From: an uncultured Gammaproteobacteria bacterium | GTDB taxonomy: Bacteria; Pseudomonadota; Gammaproteobacteria; JACCXJ01 | DNA: 64,000 nt | Direction of reading: 5' to 3' | NCBI GenBank assembly: GCA_963764725.1 | Contig: CAVXTM010000011.1 | Coordinates: forward strand, 96,001 to 160,000 | Part shown: positions 13,047-22,186 of the stretch, one piece after another | Layout of the letters: every line of letters begins with the position of its first letter | Numbering within the stretch: the stretch's first letter is position 1 | Position numbers and translations under genes: made by a program | The notes under the pieces: model-generated | What the model was told of the DNA's origin: nothing | Seen by the model: only the letters and a program-made list of their open reading frames with translations | Database searches by the model: none

Positions 13047-13107
13047 GCCGCGGGTACGTTAGCGATGGGGTTTCCAAAGGGGAGAAGCGCAGCTCTCCCC
13101 TTTGGTC
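13047..13107 (+). repeat. structured dispersed repeat, copy 1 (inverted copy at 19181-19240)
   Basis: Core 43/46 identical to the reverse complement of copy 2; 12-bp stem CCAAAGGGGAGA/TCTCCCCTTTGG. Confidence 0.85.
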
Positions 13108-13137
13108 AAGGGCAGGGTTCATATCCCGCCCGCGAAG

Positions 13138-13186
13138 TATATTGATCACCGGCCAGACCTTGCGCGTGAACGGCGGGCTAGTTTGA
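13138..13186 (+). pseudogene. extreme 3' remnant of an SDR (FabG-like) oxidoreductase
   Basis: ITGQTLRVNGGLV* is the classical SDR C-terminal motif; no upstream coding part. Confidence 0.6.
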
Positions 13187-13973
13187 TAACGTGTCAGCAA
13201 CGCTGATATCGAACTCGAATTGGACCGTCTGGGCACCGGCGCCGCCCGGCGAATAATTCCGCTCGACAAATCTTACGCGGTGATCTTGGTCCTCAATGAG
13301 GACGCTACTACAGCGCGTGCCGTAATTCTCGCTGGCGATAAAAATCGACGCTAATACCCGCTCCCGCACCAGGCCGACTCCGGTATCCGGCAGGCAGTCA
13401 TCAGAGGGCCGGGTCCTATCGGCCAGCATTTCGAGGATCGCCTCGGGCTCGGCGGCGGGCATTCCGAGGATTTTCGCGAGAGCAGCCTTGGCATTATTTA
13501 CCTTCGGCCACGGGGTGTCTAAGCGATGATTGCTGAGCCCGTATAAGCCGGGCGCGAGAGTCACGATCTCCCCGGTGCGATTGTTGTAGTACGCGATTTC
13601 GTCGCGGTCGCCGGTCAGCAGGTTAAAGCCATTGTAGCGCGAACCCCACTGAGCCAACTCCGCGAGATAGGCGCGAGGCGGAAGGTCCCCGCGCAAGAAC
13701 TCGCTGACCAAGAGTCCCCTGAGACGGAGCGTCCTCCCGCGCGGGTTCCGGATCGCGTATGTTGCTTACGGCCGCGAACCGTCCCGCTCGGGTGATCCCG
13801 AACCAGGTGCCGCCCCCGACCAGATCCCGGCCGGCTAGAATCCATGGGGCGTCCTTCCAAAAGTGCGCGCGTTGACTGGGGCGGTCATAGAATTCATCGC
13901 GATTCGCGGCGATCACGATAGGATAACGGGCGTGTTGTCGGTAGGATAACAGGATGAGGCACATGGGACTCAC
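13178..13973 (-). CDS. NRDE (TANGO2) family protein, frameshift near 13720
   Basis: MCLI...AANRDEFYDRP...GGTW in one ORF; YNGFNLL...GLSNH.LDTPWPK...YGTRCSS in the next. Confidence 0.9.
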
Positions 13974-15052
13974 TTCGAATCGGGAGCATTCCCAGTACGC
14001 TTGCGGCCCTCGGCAGGCGTCTTCGCGGCGGGCCTGACGTCAATGCGGCCAATCCGCTGCGTGTTACTTAGCGCCAGCCACAAGGTGCCGTCTTTCCGGT
14101 CCGCCACCATATGTTGCACGATGGCGCCTTCGGTCGGGATCTCCAACGTAGCGCTGCGTTTGGTTTTGGGATCGAAGGCGACCATCCTGTTGGTATAGGA
14201 CTCGTTGTACCAGATCCGTCCATCCTGGCCGATGGCGATCGCGGTCGGACCGGCGTTGCGATTCACCGTGTCGTATTCCCTAAAGCGCTTGGCCTTCGGA
14301 TCATAACGGCCGAGCTTGGAGCGCGCCGGATCGGTGTACCAGATGTTTCCGGCAGCATCGATCGCGAGCTGCCGAGGGCGGGCGTCCTTATACGGCAATT
14401 CGATCTCGCGCAGGGTCGCCTCCTTGGAATCGATGCGGGCGAGCCTGTGCGTCCCAAACAGCGTGACCCAAATCCCGCCATCGGGCGCCGCAGCCAGGTC
14501 GTGCGGCCGCGCATTGGGAGTGGTCACCGGCAAAACGACGACCCCGCCCGTGTGCGGGTCCAGGTACCCGCAGGCGTTGGCGCGCTGGGCGGTAAACCAA
14601 ATCCTGTTTTTATGGATGAGGAGTGTGTCGGGATCCTTGGCCCCTGGCGGTAGGGGATATTCCATGATCTTCCCGCTCTCGATGTCCAAGACCCCGATTC
14701 TCCCGAGCTTTGTGGCCGTATACCATATGCGTCCGCGGCGCCCGATCGCGATCCCATGAGGCGCCGCACCGGGGCTCGGCATCTCAAAATCCTTGATCTG
14801 GCCGGTTTCCGGGTCGACGCGCCCGATACGGCTGTTCGCTTGGTCCACGTACCATGCCACGCCGAACCTATTCACGGCAACCGAGTAAGGCGTGGCTCCG
14901 GCACGCGGAATGACGTACTCGATGATTGGGCCGGAGGATTCAACCTCGCGGCGCCCGTGGGGCTCCGTGGCGGTACCGGCCCAAATCTGCGGGAAGCCAA
15001 CCGCAGCGATCAGGGCGGTGATCAGCAGAATTCTAGGGATAAGACTGTGCAT
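13970..15052 (-). CDS. exported virginiamycin B lyase (Vgb)-like beta-propeller protein
   Basis: Likely start MHSLIPRILLITALIAAVG (signal peptide); repeated PH/PY-x-IA...G-x-IW blades; GTGA overlap with NRDE. Confidence 0.8.
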   Translation of the reverse strand: MHSLIPRILLITALIAAVGFPQIWAGTATEPHGRREVESSGPIIEYVIPRAGATPYSVAVNRFGVAWYVDQANSRIGRVDPETGQIKDFEMPSPGAAPHGIAIGRRGRIWYTATKLGRIGVLDIESGKIMEYPLPPGAKDPDTLLIHKNRIWFTAQRANACGYLDPHTGGVVVLPVTTPNARPHDLAAAPDGGIWVTLFGTHRLARIDSKEATLREIELPYKDARPRQLAIDAAGNIWYTDPARSKLGRYDPKAKRFREYDTVNRNAGPTAIAIGQDGRIWYNESYTNRMVAFDPKTKRSATLEIPTEGAIVQHMVADRKDGTLWLALSNTQRIGRIDVRPAAKTPAEGRKRTGNAPDSK

Positions 15053-15254
15053 ACGACGGTCGGTTGCAGGGCCCGTTAAGCTTCCGCCGTCCATTGCGGG
15101 TGTAACGGGGTGCTGCGACGCATTGTAGCCGAAACCGTCGTCCACGCCCCGCTTCATGGGTATCATTGAGGCGTTAGTCAAAATATTTCGCCTAAATGCT
15201 AAAGCGCCCGCCGCAAGCGGCGGGGTAGTAGTGAATAACACCACGGGAGGACCT

Positions 15255-16130
15255 ATGACACAAGCACCCACGCGCCGGATCCGCGAGCTGCTCGCTAAAC
15301 CGGGGATCATCCGTTCGCTCGGAGCGCACGATGTGCTGACGGCCGTGCTCATCGAACAAGCGGGCTTCGAATCGGTTTTCATCGGCGGATTCGGGACCAG
15401 CGCCAGCCTTTATGGTCTGCCCGACCTTAATTTTCTGGGCATGAGCGAGATGGCGGACGCCGTACGGCGAATGGCCCAACGCGTAGCGATCCCCGTGATC
15501 GCCGATGGCGACACCGGGCATGGCGATCTGCATAATGTCATGCGCTGCATTAGCGAATTCGAAACCGCCGGTGCCGCGGGGATCATTCTGGAGGACCAGG
15601 TGTTTCCGAAACGCTGCGGTCATTTTGAAGGCAAGGAAGTGATCCCGGCGCAGGAGATGGTGCTCAAATTCAAGGCTGCCGTGCGTGCCCGCTACGATAC
15701 GGATTTTCTCTTCATCGCGCGCACCGACGCGCGCGAACCGAACGGTTTGGACGATGCGATCGATCGCATCAACCGCTACTGTGACGCGGGCGCGGATGTG
15801 GCCTTCATCGAAGCCCCACTGTCCCTCGCCGAGCTCGAAACTATCTGCCGCCGGGTCCCTTACCCCAAGTTTGTGAACATGCTCGCTTTCGGGAAGACCC
15901 CAATACTCGGCGTGCGCGATCTGGAGCAAATGGGGTTCAAGATCATGGTCGCGCCGATCGACTCGGTGTTACTCACCGCTAAGGCGATGCGGGAGATGGC
16001 GCAGGTCTTCGCCCGCGATGGACACACGCAGGCTCTCGCAGAAAGGATGGCCGAATTCGATGAGATCAAGAGTATCTTGGGCGTCCGCGAGTTTTTATCG
16101 CTGCGCGATGAATTATGCCGAGGCACTTAG
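15255..16130 (+). CDS. isocitrate lyase/PEP mutase superfamily enzyme
   Basis: GLPD, ADGDTGHG, LEDQVFPKRCGH and IARTD motifs; GGAGG RBS before ATG 15255. Confidence 0.88.
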   Translation: MTQAPTRRIRELLAKPGIIRSLGAHDVLTAVLIEQAGFESVFIGGFGTSASLYGLPDLNFLGMSEMADAVRRMAQRVAIPVIADGDTGHGDLHNVMRCISEFETAGAAGIILEDQVFPKRCGHFEGKEVIPAQEMVLKFKAAVRARYDTDFLFIARTDAREPNGLDDAIDRINRYCDAGADVAFIEAPLSLAELETICRRVPYPKFVNMLAFGKTPILGVRDLEQMGFKIMVAPIDSVLLTAKAMREMAQVFARDGHTQALAERMAEFDEIKSILGVREFLSLRDELCRGT

Positions 16131-16167
16131 CTGCGCCAAGATTCAACTCGTCGAAGCCGCCTATTGA

Positions 16168-16184
16168 TGCTCTATCGTGAGGCA
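16168..16184. promoter_or_regulatory. candidate NtrC-type enhancer site
   Basis: TGC-N11-GCA (TGCTCTATCGTGAGGCA) about 130 bp upstream of the sigma54 motif, with an AT-rich tract between. Confidence 0.4.
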
Positions 16185-16310
16185 TACGTCAATAGTCTTG
16201 GGCTATTATGGGGCTAACGATTTCACTTAACGAGCGAATACTTTTTTAGTAATCTTAGAAAACAATAATAACTGATGGAAAACACGACAGTTGTTGCTAC
16301 CATATCGTTA

Positions 16311-16325
16311 TGGCACACGCTGTGC
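16311..16325 (+). promoter_or_regulatory. sigma54 (-24/-12) promoter of torF-glnK-amtB
   Basis: TGGCACACGCTGTGC has GG-N10-GC spacing; upstream of nitrogen-uptake genes. Confidence 0.75.
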
Positions 16326-16363
16326 CATGGCCTTATCAAACAACTAAATTTTAGGGGGAGCAC

Positions 16364-17134
16364 ATGAAGCGAATTTTGATATTGATCGCGGCTCTGACCG
16401 GAAGCGCAGCAGCCTATGCGCAAGACGAATCGGGTGCAAAAGAATCGCCGGAGATTCCTCTTTCGCCGGCGAAAGAGGAATCTCCGCATGTGGCTGCCGG
16501 CAGCGTCGCATTACTGACCGACTATCTCTTCCGCGGTATTACACAGACCGGCAACCACCCCGCAATCCAGGGCAGCCTGGAGTATAATTACACGCCTTGG
16601 GGGATCTATCTTGGTGCGTGGGCGTCGAACGTCAATGACGCCGTTTCGGATGGGTCGATAGAGATCGATTGGTACGGTGGGTTTCGAGGTGAATTCTCGG
16701 ATACCGGTATCGGTTGGGACCTGGGAGCGATCTACTACCATTATCCGGGCGACGATTTGGAGCCGGAAAAGGACTATGTGGAGCCCAAGGTCGGTTTGAG
16801 CTACAAATTCGAGGACGTACCCTTGGAGCCCGCAACTGCCGCAACGGTTTATTATTCGCCCGACTTCTACGGAGAAACGGGGGATGCAGTGTACGTCGAC
16901 GGATCGCTCGGTTTGTCACTGCCTTACGGTCTTGGCCTTGGTTTTCATATAGGTTACCAAGATGTCGAAGACCTCGGCGACTATATCGACTGGAGAGTCG
17001 GTCTCTCGCGAGAGGTTCTTGGATTCGGTTTGGACGTGAGTTACTGGAATGCCGAGAACGAGTCCGCGTTTTGCGGGGTCGGCAACGGACTATGCGGGGG
17101 CACGGTGCTCGGTACGATTTCCAGGAAGTTCTAG
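16364..17134 (+). CDS. TorF-family putative porin
   Basis: Signal peptide; TDYLFRGITQT..PAIQG, GAWASNV, EIDWYGG; C-terminal Phe; usual position upstream of glnK-amtB. Confidence 0.88.
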   Translation: MKRILILIAALTGSAAAYAQDESGAKESPEIPLSPAKEESPHVAAGSVALLTDYLFRGITQTGNHPAIQGSLEYNYTPWGIYLGAWASNVNDAVSDGSIEIDWYGGFRGEFSDTGIGWDLGAIYYHYPGDDLEPEKDYVEPKVGLSYKFEDVPLEPATAATVYYSPDFYGETGDAVYVDGSLGLSLPYGLGLGFHIGYQDVEDLGDYIDWRVGLSREVLGFGLDVSYWNAENESAFCGVGNGLCGGTVLGTISRKF

Positions 17135-17164
17135 CCGATGTGGGAGCACCTTACAATCAGCTAA

Positions 17165-17533
<369 letters not shown>

Positions 17534-17570
17534 AAGCACTAGATCATTTTTGTTCCCGGAGGTATTTGCG

Positions 17571-19121
17571 ATGTCTATCGAGATAGGCGCCGAGGTGCGG
17601 CGCATGGGGATGGTGTTGGCGTTGGTCGGGACATTGGGCACCGGGCTGCCGGCGGCGGTGCAGGCTCAAGAGGATGCGGCGACGAGCACGCAGGCTGCGG
17701 AGACCGAGGCTGCGCCGGAGGCATCCGCGGCGCTCGAGGCGACCGCACCGCCCGCCGAAGCCTCCGAGGAAGCAAGTGCACCGGCTGAGACAGCCGCACC
17801 GGTTCCACCCACACCCCACAAGGGTGACACGGCCTGGATGATCGTCGCGACCGTGCTGGTCATCCTCATGACCATACCGGGGCTCGCGCTCTTCTACGGC
17901 GGCATGGTGCGGGCCAAGAACATGCTGTCGGTGCTGATGCAGGTGTTCGTTGCTTTCTGTCTCTTCTCGGTTTTATGGGCGATGTATGGCTATAGCATCG
18001 CGTTTACGGAGGGCAACGCCTTTTTTGGAGGCTTCGGCCGCTTGTTCTTGAAGGGCGTCACCGCGGACTCCAACGTCGCCACCTTCAGTAAAGGCGTGGT
18101 GATCCCCGAGTACATCTACATTGCCTTCCAGCTCACCTTCGCCGCGATCACCCCGGCGCTCATCATCGGCGCTTTCGCCGAGCGCATGAAGTTCTCGGCC
18201 GTGCTGTGGTTCCTGGTGTTGTGGTTTACCTTCGCCTATCTGCCCATCGCGCACATGGTCTGGTATTGGGCCGGTCCGGATGCCTATACCGATGCGGATG
18301 CGGCGGCGGCCGCTACGGCGACGGCCGGCTTCATTTTCCAGAAGGGCGCGCTCGACTTCGCGGGCGGGACGGTGGTGCATATCAACGCCGGGATCGCCGG
18401 GTTGGTCGGCGCCCTGATGGTCGGCAAGCGGATCGGTTACGGCAGGGAACAAATGGCGCCGCATAACGTCGGTCTCACGATGGTCGGTGCCTCCTTGCTC
18501 TGGGTCGGCTGGTTCGGCTTCAACGCAGGTTCCAACCTCGAGGCGACGGGCCTTGCTGCTCAGGTGTTTATCAATACCTTGGAGGCGACGGCGGCAGCGG
18601 CGCTTGCCTGGATGTTCGCGGAGTGGATCGGCAAGGGCACGCCCAGCATGCTCGGCGCCGCCTCGGGCGCGGTAGCGGGCCTGGTCGCGATAACACCCGC
18701 CTGCGGATGGGTGGGACCGATGGGGGCGATCGCCCTCGGCTTCCTTGCCGGTTTAATTTGCTATTGGGCGGTGACCGGGCTCAAGCATCTATTCGGCTAT
18801 GACGATTCGCTCGATGTGTTCGGCGTCCATTGCATCGGCGGGATCATCGGCGCGCTCGGCGTCGGCGTGTTCGCCTCGCCGGACCTCGGCGGCACCGGGG
18901 TGTGGGACTATGTCGCCAACGCGGTCGCGCCCGACTATTCGATCGCGACCCAAGTCACGAGTCAGGCCTGGGGCGTGGGGGTGACGCTTGTCTGGTCCGC
19001 GATCGTGGCCTTCATCTCCTACAAGTTGGTGGACTTGATCATCGGGCTGCGGGTCACGGAGGAAACCGAACGCGAAGGGCTGGATGTGAATCTCCACGGC
19101 GAGAAGGCGTACAATTTCTAG
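17571..19121 (+). CDS. amtB: ammonium transporter
   Basis: PGLALFYGG, LDFAGGTVVH, GWFGFNAGS and DDSLDVFGVH; GGAGG RBS; signal peptide plus Ala/Glu/Pro-rich linker. Confidence 0.97.
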   Translation: MSIEIGAEVRRMGMVLALVGTLGTGLPAAVQAQEDAATSTQAAETEAAPEASAALEATAPPAEASEEASAPAETAAPVPPTPHKGDTAWMIVATVLVILMTIPGLALFYGGMVRAKNMLSVLMQVFVAFCLFSVLWAMYGYSIAFTEGNAFFGGFGRLFLKGVTADSNVATFSKGVVIPEYIYIAFQLTFAAITPALIIGAFAERMKFSAVLWFLVLWFTFAYLPIAHMVWYWAGPDAYTDADAAAAATATAGFIFQKGALDFAGGTVVHINAGIAGLVGALMVGKRIGYGREQMAPHNVGLTMVGASLLWVGWFGFNAGSNLEATGLAAQVFINTLEATAAAALAWMFAEWIGKGTPSMLGAASGAVAGLVAITPACGWVGPMGAIALGFLAGLICYWAVTGLKHLFGYDDSLDVFGVHCIGGIIGALGVGVFASPDLGGTGVWDYVANAVAPDYSIATQVTSQAWGVGVTLVWSAIVAFISYKLVDLIIGLRVTEETEREGLDVNLHGEKAYNF

Positions 19122-19180
19122 ATCGTTGTGTCGAAGTCAATTTGGATTTTGCCAGCACGGGGTATGCGACCCCGTGGGGC

Positions 19181-19240
19181 GACCAAAGGGGAGAGTTGCG
19201 CCTCTCCCCTTCGGAAACCCCATCGCCAAGGACCCGCGGC
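19181..19240 (-). repeat. structured dispersed repeat, copy 2
   Basis: Reverse complement of 13047-13107; extra hairpins at 19156-19176 and 19233-19251. Confidence 0.85.
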
Positions 19241-19339
19241 AAGACCGCGGGGAATAAACCTAATAACCGGGAAATCTGCTTTCTTCCGCAAGGGGAGGGA
19301 ATGAAACGGTACAACCCCGGTGCGTGTACCCATCCGTAG

Positions 19340-19768
<429 letters not shown>

Positions 19769-19807
19769 CCTGCTGCCAGGGCCCCTTCAATACGCACGCG
19801 CTTGGCT

Positions 19808-20044
19808 TTAGAGGTTCTTGTGGGTACCGTTGCAGAAGGGCGGTGATCCGGTCTGCTTGCAGCCGCACAGCCAGACTTTCTGGCTCTCGCTCAGGGTAAA
19901 CTGACACGGCGAAAATTCGCTACCCTTATGTGAGCCGTCGCAAAAGGGTTGATTCTTGGATCGGCCACACGCGCACCACCAATAGGTCCCCGCATTGAGA
20001 TCGAGTGGGTAGGGGGCTTTCTGGGCACAGACAGGCGTTGTCAT
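19808..20044 (-). CDS. two-CDGSH iron-sulfur (MiNT-like) protein
   Basis: WCACGRSKNQPFCDGSH and LCGCKQTGSPPFCNGTH. Confidence 0.92.
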   Translation of the reverse strand: MTTPVCAQKAPYPLDLNAGTYWWCACGRSKNQPFCDGSHKGSEFSPCQFTLSESQKVWLCGCKQTGSPPFCNGTHKNL

Positions 20045-20193
20045 GCATGATCCTCGCGGGTGGTAATGTCTTGCGATACCGGCAGTTAGGCGATGGTGCA
20101 TGTTAATATCGAACCCCTGTGCTAATCAATCCATTGACCTACGCGGGTTGATCTCCATTCCGCGGAGCCTGCGTGGGCGTCTAAAACGCGTTT

Positions 20194-21039
20194 ATGCCCG
20201 GCCCCTTCCTTCCTGATCCCCGATGCGACCGCTATTGCGTGGTCGGTAACCCCATCGGGCATAGCCTCTCGCCACGGATTCACCAGGCGTTTGCGGAGCA
20301 AACAGGAGAACGGATCGACTACCGCGCGCTCCTTGCTCCGCTCGACCGGTTTCGCGAGACAGCGCTGGAATTCTTTAGCGCTGGCGGACGCGGTATGAAC
20401 GTCACGCTTCCCTTCAAGGAAGAGGCGTGGGCGTTTGCGTCCCTGCACTCCGCGTCGGCCGAAACGGCTGGCGCGGCGAATACGCTGTGGCGCGATGGCG
20501 AAGGCCGTTACCACGGAGATAACACGGACGGCATCGGGTTCCTGCGCGACTATCTTGGCAATCACGGGGGCAGTCTCCAGGGCCAACGAGTCTTAGTGTT
20601 GGGCGCAGGCGGAGCCGTGCGGGGTATGTTAGGACCCCTCATGGAGCAAAGACCCGCCCGTCTCGTGGTTGCCAATCGAACGCTATCCAAGGCCCGCGCC
20701 TTATACGAAAGGTTTAGCCCGCTGGGCGAGATTGCAATCTGCGAATACGGCGCCCTCGTCGGCCAGAAGTTCGATGCGGTAATCAACGGCACCGCGGCCA
20801 GCCTTGGCGCTGAATTGCCTCCCTTGCCCGCGGGGATCCTGGCCGCGGGCGCTTGGTGCTATGACCTGGTGTACGCGCCGGAGCCGACGCGCTTTATGCA
20901 CTGGGGCCTCGAATGCGGCGCGGCGCGGGCGCTGGATGGCCTAGGGATGCTCGTCGAGCAAGCCGCCGAGGCCTTTTCCATTTGGCGCCGGGTAAGACCC
21001 GCCACGGGACCGGTCATCGAGCTGTTACGGACCGAATGA
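20194..21039 (+). CDS. aroE: shikimate dehydrogenase
   Basis: GNPIGHSLSP, NVTLPFK, NTDGIG, GAGGA and GLGMLVEQA. Confidence 0.96.
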   Translation: MPGPFLPDPRCDRYCVVGNPIGHSLSPRIHQAFAEQTGERIDYRALLAPLDRFRETALEFFSAGGRGMNVTLPFKEEAWAFASLHSASAETAGAANTLWRDGEGRYHGDNTDGIGFLRDYLGNHGGSLQGQRVLVLGAGGAVRGMLGPLMEQRPARLVVANRTLSKARALYERFSPLGEIAICEYGALVGQKFDAVINGTAASLGAELPPLPAGILAAGAWCYDLVYAPEPTRFMHWGLECGAARALDGLGMLVEQAAEAFSIWRRVRPATGPVIELLRTE

Positions 21040-21262
21040 CATTGGTGGCGCACTGCACTCAGCATGGCCTCGGGTTTGCTCTATACGCACAGCCCCGCGC
21101 GAGCCTCCGCCTGTCGCTAGCGGGGCCCCAATCAGGTCGCGGCTCTTCGCGGCATGGGTACAATAACTATAAGATATATAAAGATATTTATTATTGATTA
21201 AATTCTCATCGATCTAGTGAAAAAGGCCGTCACATAAAGGGGGAAGGAGGCTTTATCGCAAA

Positions 21263-21297
21263 CAATCCACAAACTTATCCACAGATTCTGTGGGTAA
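21263..21297. promoter_or_regulatory. DnaA-box cluster
   Basis: TTATCCACA (21275-83, perfect), inverted TGTGGGTAA (21289-97, 1 mismatch), CAATCCACA (21263-71, 2 mismatches). Confidence 0.65.
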
Positions 21298-21357
21298 CCA
21301 AGCGGCTGCGGTTGGCGCCATATGATAAGGCGGCATTGGGGATCTCCGCGCCGTCCG

Positions 21358-22164
21358 TTATTCGCCGATGGCTACGCCGGACCGCGTTGCTGCCACGACG
21401 TTGCTTAGTCGCACATAGTCGCTGGGCGTTAAGGTTTCGGCTCGTGAGCCGGGGTCGATTCCGGCGCTACGCAGGATGCTTTCGCCGACCCAACCCTTGA
21501 GGGCGTTTCGTAGCGTCTTGCGGCGCAGGGAAAACGCCTTGCGTACTAAGTCGTCGAACAGGTTCCTATCGGCAACGGGGAGCGGTGCCCGCCTCGGTGC
21601 GAGCCGTAGTACCGAGGAATACACCTTGGGGAGCGGATCAAACGCGGCCGGTGGCACGTCAAACAGGATCTCGCTCTCACAGAGGTACTGCACCATTACA
21701 CTCAGCCGCCCGTACAGGCGCGTACCGGGAGAGGCCGTGATCCGCTCCGCGACCTCGCGCTGGAGCATGAACACCATGTCTTCGATGCATTGCGATTCGG
21801 ACAACAAGTGAAACAAGAGCGGCGTCGAGATGTTGTAGGGCAGGTTTCCCACGATGCGGAGCCGTCGGTCCTCCCCGGCGAGGGAAGAAAACGGAAACTT
21901 CAGCGCATCGATCGCGTGGACCGTGAGCCGGCCGCAAGCGGCAAGCTCCGCCCTCAGCGCTTCAGCGAGCTGCGCGTCGATCTCTACCACATGCAATTCA
22001 CCCAGGGCTAGCAGCAGCGGGCGCGTCAGGGCCCCGGTGCCAGGCCCGATCTCGACCACGCATTGTCCGGGATGCGGATGAATCACCCCGAGCAAGCGCG
22101 CCAGGACCTCGCGATTGCGCAAGAAATGCTGGCCGAAGCGCTTTTTTGCCCGAACAGCGTCCAC
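21358..22164 (-). CDS. rsmA: 16S rRNA m6,2A dimethyltransferase
   Basis: KKRFGQHFL, EIGPGTGALT, VGNLPYNIS and MLQREVA. Confidence 0.97.
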   Translation of the reverse strand: MDAVRAKKRFGQHFLRNREVLARLLGVIHPHPGQCVVEIGPGTGALTRPLLLALGELHVVEIDAQLAEALRAELAACGRLTVHAIDALKFPFSSLAGEDRRLRIVGNLPYNISTPLLFHLLSESQCIEDMVFMLQREVAERITASPGTRLYGRLSVMVQYLCESEILFDVPPAAFDPLPKVYSSVLRLAPRRAPLPVADRNLFDDLVRKAFSLRRKTLRNALKGWVGESILRSAGIDPGSRAETLTPSDYVRLSNVVAATRSGVAIGE

Positions 22165-22186
22165 GGCCTATGTGTGCTGCCGCTCG

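Noticed and set aside
13970-15052. Bona fide streptogramin B resistance gene vgb
   Set aside because: Only fold-level similarity, has a signal peptide and no resistance context; gene symbol withheld.
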